NCBI GenBank assembly: GCA_964658305.1
Contig: OZ210884.1
Coordinates: 3,038,001 to 3,102,000 of the forward strand
DNA from: Leptogorgia sarmentosa
Taxonomy: Eukaryota
DNA length: 64,000 nucleotides
Direction: 5' to 3'
The notes under the pieces are model-generated. The model ran no database searches. It was not told the DNA's origin and saw only the letters and a program-made list of their open reading frames with translations. The position numbers were made by a program, and so were the translations under genes. How positions within the stretch are numbered: the stretch's first letter is position 1; every line of letters starts with the position of its first letter. Below, one piece after another: positions 49,601-61,600 of the stretch.

Positions 49601-52600
49601 CCAGATATTAACGAATGTACAACTAACACACAAAATTGCCACTACAATGCTATTTGTACAAACACAAATGGATCGTTTACATGTGAATGTTGGAATGGAC
49701 TTACTGGAGATGGTGAAAATTGTACAGGTAATCAATTCACTCTTTAAAATTCAATGCAACTTCGTCACCACACCGAATTCATTGGGCAATTTGCCAAAAT
49801 TGACAATGTCTCTTTTTGCTGTTGCAGATATTAACGAATGTACAACTAACACACACAATTGCCACGACAATGCTAATTGTACAAACACAAATGGATCGTT
49901 TACATGTGAATGTTGGAATGGATTTACTGGAGATGGTGAAAATTGTACAGGTAATCAATTCACTCTTTAAAATTCAATGCAACTTCGTCACCACACCGAA
50001 TTCATTGAGGAAATTTGCCAAAATTAACAATGTCTCTTTTTGCTGTTCCAGATATTAACGAATGTACAACTAACACACACAATTGCCACGACAATGCTAA
50101 TTGTACAAACACAAATGGATCATACACATGTGAATGTTGGAATGGATTTACTGGGGAAGGCGAAAATTGTACAGGTACATGTAATCAATTCACTCTTTTA
50201 AAATTCGACGCAACTTGGTCACCTCACCAAATTCATTGGGGCAATTTGCCGAAATTGACAAAGTCTCTTTTTGCTGTTGCAGATATTAACGAATGTACAG
50301 CTAACACACACAATTGCCACGACAATGCAAATTGTACAAACACAAACGGATCATTTATATGTGAATGTTGGCATGGATTTGCTGGGGATGGTGCAAATTG
50401 TACAGGTAGGTGAAATGAAATGCAAGGATAATCTCATTACTTAAACGATAAAACAGATTCGACGTTTCGACCGAAGGGACTTCGTCGGGAATTAGCTTCC
50501 TATGTTTGGGACATTTAGCCTAATGCTGATACGCAAATTGCACAACACCTTCATGGTGTTGTTGACAGAATTGTGCATCAAACAGACGGTCATTGTCAAG
50601 TAGCTATTTTGTCGTCTTTCAAATAATCCAGGGCATTCTCTTTACAACTGTTTAAAGACTGTTTCGTACAATGATTAGCATTTACATATTAGCAGGAAAG
50701 GAACACCTTTAGGCTTCACAACTGTTAAGCTGCACCCTAGAAACGTTAAGAAAATTTATTCCGGCCATTTCGTCCATCACTTCGTTTTCGCACTGAATTC
50801 ATTTATGGAATTAGTCGTATGTTGCAAAGTCTTATTTTTACTGTTGCAGATGCGAATGAATGTTCAAATAACACACAAATGCCATGAGAATGCTACATGT
50901 ACAAACACAATTGGAGCTTATACATTCGGATGTAGGGAAGGCTTTTTGCAGCAGTGTGCGGAATTTTACAATATTTGACCGCGGTCCGGAAATATAGGAT
51001 ATTACACGGTTGCGAGAAGATATGGATTTTATGTTCGAGTGGCAAGAACACGAGAACGTAAAATCCATATCTTCGAGCGAACCGTGTAATGTTCTGTTTA
51101 TTATATGGACTTATTCAGAGTCACACAAATACACAACAACTACCCTTTTAATGAAAACATACAGTCTAAAACACAACAATTAATGGCTTTAAATTAGTCT
51201 TTACTAAATATAGATTATAAAATACCATTTTATTGTAGCTTTATTGTTCGTCGCAAAACGTACTAATATCGTCTTCGCTTAAATTCACAAACCTTGAAGT
51301 AGAAGTTATTTGTAAACAGCGAAAAAGGCGGGAATGTTATGTCACCCCTAAGCGCGACATACGAAAAATACGCGCACCGTATCCCAGATGTAGTGGCGTA
51401 TGAGTTCTACGAGTGTTTTAGTTCCCAAAAAAATACCGCTATCCATATAATAATCCTAAATACGTACTGGCCGAAGCAAATAAAAAATCTTTTGGCTGTT
51501 TGTTTTAATGGCAAAAAAATGCAATATATATAGGAAACTTGCAATTTATCTTAACTTAAATTCATCCTTTTTTGAAAAATTAGTATAACCAGTTGGTATA
51601 CATAAGTTTAAGGTTAATTTCCCTTTATTATTTTTAGAAATAATTTTTAGTACGTCGAAATATTTGGCTGTCGTATTAAAACATATCTTAACCATGTTTC
51701 TATCGCGAAATGAAAAGGAAGATAAATAAAATGAACAAATTTGCCTTTTCTGGTTGTCATGTTGAGTGAAAAACAGGAGTTATAACAAATCGGAAGGGTT
51801 TTTTCTACTTGGCCTTGGCTTTTTTTTGGCAGCCATACTTGGGATGGAGTAGCGGAGTAAACAAACACAATTGATTTCAAATCTAGTTCGCTACACTGGA
51901 AATTATTATGAATTTGATAATAGCATTGCGCAGTTAAAAATAAATCCGTTATTTACCGTTTAGGTCGGTCAGGATATAAAAATATTTTATCTCGGTCTAA
52001 AAAACATCCCTCAACCTTCGGCCTCTGGCCGTTTTTGAGACCTCGACAGCCAGTAAATAGCATATATATCTTTCTGGTTGTCTCTTTATCTTACTGATGT
52101 TAAAGAGTTTGATATTCTGCTTTAGTGTACTGTAAAACTGTTAGAAGATGATTAGTATTTAGCAACAGTAACACCTTCTTCAGTCTTCTGAATATAGCTA
52201 GGGTGAGCTGACATAAAACGAAATTATGTTCTCCACTTCGTGGACGACTTCGCCCATATGTGGCATCAATAAAAGAATTTAGGCGTAAGTTTTGAAGTAA
52301 ATTTTTTATTTTATTTTAAAGATGTGGATGAGTGTGGCAGTGACACACACAACTGTCATGATAATGCTACATGTACGAACACTGAAGGATCATTTACATG
52401 TGCTTGCAAAAATGGCTTTTCTGGGAATGGTATAAACTGTGTAGGTTGGTGGAGTAAATTGACTTTTAAAATATATCTTTCCAAATTTATGGGGGTGCAT
52501 AGTGAAAAACAGTAGTTATACCAAATCGGAAGGGTTTTCTCCACTTCGCCTTGGCTTTTAGGCAGCCATGCATACTTGCGATTGAGTAACAAAGTAAACA

Positions 52601-55600
52601 AACACAATTGATCCCAAATCTAGTTCGCTACACTAGAAATTTTTATGAATTTGATTATAGCATTGCCCAGCAAAAATATAAATCCGTTATTTACCGTTTA
52701 GGCCGATCCGGATATAAAAATATTTTGTCTCGGTCTCAAAAACTTCCCTCGGCCTTCGGCCACTAGCCGTTTTTGACACTTCGACAAAATATTTTTTCAA
52801 CCGGACCTCCCAGCCAGTAAATAGCATATATATCTTTCTGGTTGTCTCTTTTTCTTACTGATGTTAAAGAGATTGATATTCTGCTTTAATGTACAGTAAA
52901 CTGTTAGAAGATGATTTATTTAGTATTTACCAGCAGTAAACCTTCTTCAGTCTTATGAATATAGCCAGGGTGAGCTGAGATAAAACGAAATTATTTTCTC
53001 CACTTCGTTGACGACTTCGCCCATATGTGGCATCAATAAAAGAATTTAGGCGTACGTTTTGAAGTATCCTTTTTCTATTTTAAAGATGTGGATGAGTGTG
53101 GCAGCAACACACACAACTGCCATGATAATGCTACATGTACGAACACTGAAGGATCATTTACATGTACATGTAAAATTGGCTTTTCTGGGAATGGTATAAA
53201 CTGTGTAGGTTGGTGGAGCAAATTGACTTTTAAAATTTATCTTTCCAAATTTATGGGAGTGCATAGAGAATAACAGTTATAGTTATACCAAATCGGAAGG
53301 GTTTTTTCCACTTCGCCTTGTCTTAATTTTGGCAGCCATGCATATTTGCGATTGAGTAACAAAGTAAACAAACACAATTGATCCCAAATCTAGTTCGCTA
53401 CACTGGAAATTGTTATCAATTTGATTATAGCATTGCGCAGCAAAAAAATAAATCCGTTATTTACCGTTTAGGCCGATCCGGATATAAAAATATTTTGACT
53501 CGGTCTTAAAAACTTCCCTCGGTCTTCGGCCTCTGGCCGTTTTTGACACTTCGACAAAATGTTTTTTTAACCGGATCTCGCAGTCCGTAAATAGCATATA
53601 TATCTCTCTGGTTGTTTCTTTATCTTACTGATGTTAAAGAGTTTGATATTCTGCTTTCTGTAAAACTGCTAGAAGATGATTTATTTAGTATTTATCAACA
53701 GTAAACCTTCTTCAGTCTTATGAATATAGCTAGGGTGAACTGAGATAAAACGAAATTATATTCTCCACTTCGTGGACGACTTCCTCCATATGTAGCATCA
53801 ATAAAAGAATTTAGGCGTAAGTTTGAAGTATCTTTTTTCTATTTTAAAGATGTGGATGAGTGTGGCAGTGACACACACAACTGTCATGATAATGCTACAT
53901 GTACGAACACTGAAGGATCATTTACATGTGCATGTAAAATTGGTTTTTCTGGGAATGGTATAAACTGTGTAGGTTGGTGGAATAAATTGACTTTTAAAAT
54001 ATATCTTTCCAAATTTATTGGGGTGCATAGTGAAAAACAGAAGTTATACCAAATCGGAAGGGTTTTTCCACTTCGCCTTGGATTTTTGGCAGCCATGCAT
54101 ACTTGCAATTGAGTAACAAAATAAACAAACACAAATAATCCCAAATCTGGTCCGCTACACTGGAAATTGTTATGAATTTGATTATAGCATTGCGCAGCAA
54201 ATCCGTTATTTACCGTTTAGGCCGGTCCGTACTGGAAAATATTTTGTCTCGGTCTCAAAAACGTCCCTCGGCCTTCGGCCTCGTGCGTTTTTGAGACCTC
54301 GACAAAATATTTTCCAGTACGGACCTCCCAGCCGGTAAATAACATATATATCTTTCTGGTTGTCTCTTTATCTTACTGATGTTAAAGAGATTGATATTCT
54401 GCTTTAGTGTTCTGTAAAACTCTTAGAAGATGATTAGTATTTAGCAACAGTAAGACCTTCGTCAGTCTTATGAATATAGCTAGGGTGAGCTGACATAAAA
54501 CGAAATTATTTTCTCCACTTCGAGGACGACTTCGCCCATATGTGGCATCAATAAAAGAATTTAGGTGTAAGTTTTCAAGTATCTTTTTTCTATTTTAAAG
54601 ATGTGGATGAGTGTGGCAGTGACACACACAACTGTCATGATAATGCTACATGTACGAACACTGAAGGATCATTTACATGTGCATGTAAAATTGGCTTTTC
54701 TGGAAATGGTATAAACTGTGTAGGTTGGTGGAATAAATTGACTTTTGAAATATATCTTTCCAAATTTATTGGGGTGCATAGTGAAAAACAGTAGTGATAC
54801 CAAATCGGAAGGGTTTTTTCCACTTCGCCTTAATTGGCCTTTTTGGCGGCAATGCATACTTGCGATTGAGTAACAAAGTAAACAAACACAATTGATCCCA
54901 AATCTAGTTCGCTACACTAGAAATTGTTATGAATTTGATTATAGCATTGCCCAGCAAAAATATAAATCCGTTATTTATCGTTTAGGTCTGCCCGGATATA
55001 AAAATATTTTATCTCGGTCTCAAAAACTTCCCTCGGTCTTCGGTCTCTCGCCGTTTTTGACACTTCGACAAAATATTTTTTCAACCGGACCTCCCAGCCA
55101 GTAAATAGCATATACTGTATATCTTTCTGGTTGTCTCTTTATCTTACTGATGTTAAAGAGATTGATATTCTGCTTTCTGTAAAACTGTTAGAAGATGATT
55201 TATTTAGTATTTATCAACAGTATACTTTCTTCAGTCTTCTGAATATAGCTAGGGTGAGCTGAGATAAAACGAAATTATTTTCTCCACTTCGTGGACGACT
55301 TCGGCCATATGTGGCATAAATAAAATAATTTAGGCGTAAGTTTTGAAGTATCTTTTTTCTATTTTAAAGATGTGGATGAGTGTGGCAGTGACACACACAA
55401 CTGTCATGATAATGTTACATGTGCGAACACTGAAGGATCATTTTTATGTTTATGTAAAATTGGCTTTTCTGGGAATGGTATAAACTGTGTAGGTTGGTGG
55501 AGTAAATTGACTTTTAAAATATAACTTTCCAAATTTATGGGGGTGCATTGTGAAAAACAGTAGTTATACCAAATCGAAAGGGCTTTTTCTACTTCTCCTT

Positions 55601-58600
55601 GGCTTTTTGGCAATCATGCATACTTGCAATTGAGTAACAAAGTAAACTAACACAATTGATCCCAAATCTAGTTCGCTACACTGGAAATTGTTATAAATTT
55701 GATTATAGCATTGCGCAGCATAAAATAAATCCGTTATTTACCGTTTAGGTCTGTCCGGATATAAAAATATTTTGTCTCGGTCTCAAAAACTTTCCTCGGC
55801 CTTCGGCCTCTGGGCGTTTTTGACACTTCGACAAAATATTCTTTCAACCGGACCTCCCAGCCAGTATATAGCATATATATCTCTCTGGTTGTCTCTTTAT
55901 CTTACTGATGTTAAGGAGATGGATAGTCTGCTTTAATGTACTGTAAAACTGTTAGAAGATGATTTATTTCGTATTGATCAGCAGTAAACCTTCTTCTGTC
56001 TTATGAATTTATTTTCTCCACTCCGTTGACGACTTTGCCCATATCTGGCATCAATAAAAGAATTTAGGCGTAAGTTTTGAAGTATCTTTTTTCTTTTTTA
56101 AAGATGTGGATGAGTGTGGCAGTGAGACACACAACTGCCATGATAATGCTACATGTACGAACACTGAAGGATCATTTACATGTGCCTGTGAAATTGGCTT
56201 TTCTGGGAATGGTGAAAACTGTTTAGGTAGGTATACATAATCCCAATTACTTATTTTTCATATGTTTCATGTGATACGCGGCTGCTGGGAACAACGAAAA
56301 TTTGTATACAATTATCAATACAAGGATACGTGACGCAATGTGTGATTTTTTTACGAATCTTTAATTCAATGATTAAAACTTGCTAAGCCAACATTGAGAG
56401 AATTGGAACATAGCAAAACGGTAAAAGTTTTTGGGCCATGCTTGTCACGATATGTTTAACGCGTGTTGGTTTCAGCCGTTCCCAAGAAAATTAGGGCGAA
56501 TCTTCACATTGAGGTCGTTCACATTAATGTTTTGAAATATTGAAGTTGATAAAATTTCAATTTGCTTGGGGACAGTACCATTGATGACCCTTTTCACAAA
56601 TTGATTTGATCCGCGATCATGATTCATGCATTGTCAACTGATGATTGTTTTTCAACTGAATAGATTTTGCCAAGTGCTTACAGTAAATTTCTTTCACATT
56701 ATAACTCAATCAGATGTAATTATAGATGAGATTATAGAAAAGATTCTACTGTACTCCTGATTCTTGGTATATCATTCGAGTTAGAAAAAGCAATTTCGTT
56801 GAATGTTCAGAGCGATTTCGTTTCTTTTGTTTGTTCTTTTCATGCTATATATAACTAATGATTTTTATTTAATTCTGGAATTTGCCCCACGTATAAAGGA
56901 TTCGCCTTACGAGTGATCGGTCCTAAAATTTGACCCACGATTATTTTCAAAAGTTGGGTCACCAATGCTTTAACCATATCAGCGGCATTTTGCTAATAAT
57001 GACAAACAATAATAGCCCCGTCCCTACTCCTCACTCCCAACTCCCCACTCCCAACTCCCCAACTCCATTCAATGTTGTTACACAATTCCGTAGGATGTAT
57101 TGTACGTCAAAACGCAATGCTGACTGTAACGCAACATTGAATATGGGGCGAGGGGGACAGGCAGTGGCATTTCATACATGATATCAAGATAAAAACCACT
57201 TAACGTTTAATTTAGATATCGACGAATGTAGTGCTACGCCGTCTATTTGTGGAAGTAACACGTGCGAAAACAGGTTTGGTTCTTACACCTGCAAGTGTCC
57301 CGATGGATTTTTCTTGGTTGAAAATACCTGCGAAGGTAAATTTGATCGTTATTCAATCATGGAAACTGTCAACCAAATACTAAGTAGGAAATTATATTCC
57401 TTAACATTGCAGTGGCATCTTTGGCATTGGCTATTTCCGGATCCTAACATCAATTCCTTCTCAAAAACGGGAAAAACGCCAATTCCAGTGATTTATGCAT
57501 TCATTAAAATAAAACTGTTCAAACGGTTACATACATGCAAAACTGATTTGTTATCATAACTATTTCTCTTCGTAACAATAACTCTTTTCTTTGCAGCGGC
57601 GTTATCGTTTCAGCTTGAGTTCACAATTGTGGAAGGAGCAACATATTCAGATGACCTGCAAAATCCAACGACGGAGACATATTTGCAATTGCAGAAGAAT
57701 TTAGAAAATGTGGTAAGTCAGTACTTACTCATGTAATATAGTTGGCCCAAATTAAGTTATGTTTTATTATCATATAGAAATAATTAGCTACACAGCCGTG
57801 TGAAAATTTTATTTCCGTCTTCGAGTGGTGAAAACAATATTTTATGAAGGACCGCGGCGAAAATCATTTTACCACGAGAGGATTAAATTCATATTTACTA
57901 GCGTGAAACTTTTCATCTTTTCATTTATTATAATAGTCCTAAAACCCTGTTGGAAATGTCAATTTTTGATCGATATGGCAAAATTATTCAACTATTTGCA
58001 TCATATATTATCCAAATTCAAAGAATAGCTGGTCATCATTTCATTGTTTTCTTGTAGTATTTTCTCTTTCTCCGCAAACAATTTTTGTCATTTTTGTCCG
58101 AAGGCATTAATTGGTTTGCCGGTCTTTGACAAAGTAACGCCGCCTTTTGAAAGAATTTTTTGCGGAATCGGAAATGAACACGTGAATATCAATATCTTCA
58201 CTAGATATGGAAAATGGCTCACTGTACATGTGCCTTTTTTTATATGGAAAATATCTCATGGCATGTCCACTATATAATATTATAAAAGGGAATGGTCTAC
58301 TTAGAAGGGAATGGGAACAATAACAGTTCTGTTCTTTTTTCCCGTTTTTCATGCAGCCAAACTATTGATCTTTAATATCAATCAACACGTCAATCAATAT
58401 GTAATTGCAAGCATATCTTTTGGCGGTCTTCTTTTTTAGCTGAAGATATAACCGACTATTGTCTTATTGTCGTTAATAATTATTTCCTGCTTATATTATA
58501 AGATATTTCTTGAGTAATGTTCGTGAATTCCTCTACGCACGTTTCGGACTCGTTCTGGCCGCGCGTGATGCATGTAACTTTAATAATTAATGCATGCAGT

Positions 58601-61600
58601 GCGCAATTTCTTCATTCAGGTCGCTCTTCTCGGGTTTGAATTCGTAGTCCAGACATGTTATTGATGTTGGTTAGCGTAAAATCAAAGTTTTGATAATTTT
58701 GCATATAATTCCACTTTCATACTATGTAGCTACGTTGTTGTTGGATATGGGCGCGATCACTACCGTGTTGTCATAACATTGATTTGTATTTGGTAAACGG
58801 CCTTATGGACCTATTTCTATCAGTGGATCTCTTATTCCCTTCGTGTGCTGATGTATAGATTTAAATTACCAAATAGCAGGACGGCATTCGTGGTCTCGCC
58901 TCGGGCTTACTTCCGGCTCGCCCGCTCCACTTGTATAGAATACTCATTTCTGAGAACCTAAAAATAGAAATCTGTTAATTCTTAATGCTATATCGAAAAT
59001 AAAGGCAGCCAATACAGTTGGCAACAATTAACAATTTGCTCATTTTGCTATCTAATTATATTTCCCCTATTTAAATACGAAATCCACTTGACGCGAAACG
59101 TCTAACCGATTTGCAACACGTTTGATTTAATATTCATTCGCCTTGAATAGCAAATGATATTTTAGATCCAAGTTAATCGATACTAGTTTTGGTAACTTGT
59201 ACTATGCTAAGAAATAACTTCAACCACAATTTTTTAATACCAAGCTCTTCGTATTTTGATCATGAGAAAATGGGAAAGCGGACATTTTAAAACAAATGAA
59301 TTAGAAAACACCTATCTTCTGTCTGATTATTTCTATACACCATTTAAGAACGGAATGTCCTCTGCTAAAATGTAGTTACATCCGCTATAAATTTGGCTAC
59401 CTTGGATTAAATGAGCTCTAATATAAAATTATTTAAAGTATGGCTTGCTAAGAACCACGTTTCTGCTCATAATATGAATGTTGATTGTTGGCAAACGATA
59501 TAAAAAAAAACGTTTTCGTTCAATTTAGGTGGAGGCAATTTTTCAAGGATCGAATAATGCTTCAAGCTTCTTTGGGGCATACCTAACCAATTTCAGGTAA
59601 GTTAATTTGACCTAGAATATTGTGCAAACTGTAAAATGCCAAGTTCCATGATGGTGTACGGACTTAATTTTTGTTTCTGTTACAATGATTACACAAAAAC
59701 GTAAATAAACCCTGTATTCGGCGTCACAGAAAATTAACGTTTTCGCTAGATTGATAGGAAAAAATATGTAGCTATTGCAGTTATTTCCCCATATTAACTA
59801 TGTTCAGGGTAAAACATGATAATTATAATGAAAATGTGCTTCATTTCCACCAATCTAATTTTTTACATTTTTTAGCCCAGATAATGCCAACGGAACGAAT
59901 GCTACCTTCATAATATTTTTAAACGCTAGTGCATTGGGTATCTCTCCGGAACAGCTTGGAGCGGCCTTTAATGCAGAATTGGGCACTCCGATTGCTGGAA
60001 ACAATTATGTTCTGGCTAATGATGTGGTCGGTAAGAGGTTCTCTTCTTTTTTTTCTTCTTTTATTTACCGTGTAAACATTAACATCGCAGATATTGAAAG
60101 GAATTTTGGTGTTTCGAGTTTGTGTTTTATTGGCATTAATGCCCTCAACTAACCTGCGTGTATTATATGGAAAGTAAATATCACCACACAAAATGAACCA
60201 GTATTTGTGGGGTTAAGGAAGTGTGGGACAACTGCTCTATCTTTTTTGTGTTTTTTTTCTGCGATGAGCATGGTTTTGAACAGTACCAGGGTACTGGTAA
60301 TAGAGAAGCTCATGGGTCTTGAGGAAAATCGATTAGTACATTTGCTGAATTCCAGTTGGGTCCTAATCTGTCCAAGACATATACTTTTAGTCCGCGAATT
60401 TTGAGTTGCATCCTGAAGGGGGCTAGAACATACAGTATACTCCATTTGGGAGCTGGGTCCTAGTCTGCGTGCAGGACATACACTCTGGGTTGGACCGTGG
60501 GAATACATGATCAGGGAATGTATTTTTGACCATTTTCATCGCTCAAAACTTAGACACCAATGGAGAAATAAAAGCGATTTTTTGTAATTTTTCTTTAAGC
60601 CAAATTGCGAACTACCACAAAGAAAACGCGAGGTCTATAGTAAATTTGCGACCTCATACTAGAGCAATTACTTCCAGACATTTCATTCCTTATTAGAATT
60701 TATCATAAGCCAATTTGAACAAACATGGAATTGAATCATATTAACAAATTTGGTAAGCATGCGTAACTGTCAGTGTCAAGAAGGCAAATTTTACCATTGA
60801 GGTCGTGGGTGATTGGTGATCGCCAGGACGTGGCAATGTTTCCAGGTTACTGTGAATCCATCGTCGTACGGTAGACAATTGTACCAATCGCACGGGCAAT
60901 ATAATTATATAGCGTTTTAGTTGACAGCAGCGTATAAGCCTTTGGGGAGGAGGGTGGGGTTTATGTTTTGCTAGTCCTTACTTCTTGGGATGTGTTGTAA
61001 TAACAAAATATATATTTTGGGTTCCTGTGGCCTGTGAGCCAGCTATTATTATAGACAGCGGTCATTGGTATTTTGTAGGCTCCATGTTGTTTATGCAGGT
61101 TTATTAATTGTTGAATAAAGCCTAAGTTAAGGTCAATCGTAGTTAATCATCCACTACAGGATCCAAGTCAGAATGACAGTACGCAGTGAATTACTTAGAT
61201 ATCCGACAGAATACTGTAGCCCCTTTGTCGGTTATGAATGGGTTAAACAGTATTTGACAATAGTAATGCACGACACTCGGCGCAGTAGCCTTTTGGTAAT
61301 GCGTATGAGATAGTTCTGTCTATTTACGTACGGAGAAAGTTATAAGATGTGACCTAGAAAATTAGAGAACAATCAATTTCTAAATAAACGAACAAAGAGA
61401 ATGAGAAAAGAACTCAAATTTGCCCAGCCAAAATGTTTAGTTGCCTTAGCCACTGAATGTTTTCAATACCTCTCGATTCAAATTTTATGAATTCCGTAAA
61501 GTTGCTCACTTGAAACTGTGTGTTAGTGTGTATACATGCAAAAATTCTTTCGTTTCAGCTGATATTAATGAGTGCTCTCATTTCCGCATTTCTGCAAAAT

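Noticed and set aside
37512..50058. Many ORFs of the type [13 protein letters not shown]... and the minus-strand ORFs across the array
   Set aside because: They are alternative-frame or antisense shadows of the repeated EGF exon.
37524..50405. CRISPR-like or non-coding satellite interpretation of the ~230-bp periodic array
   Set aside because: The conserved part is a 123-nt six-Cys EGF exon with splice sites, the intervening parts are homologous introns rather than unique spacers, and there are no cas genes in this eukaryotic context.
60149..60508. 119-aa minus-strand ORF within a gene B intron
   Set aside because: No domain similarity or exon context; likely a chance ORF.
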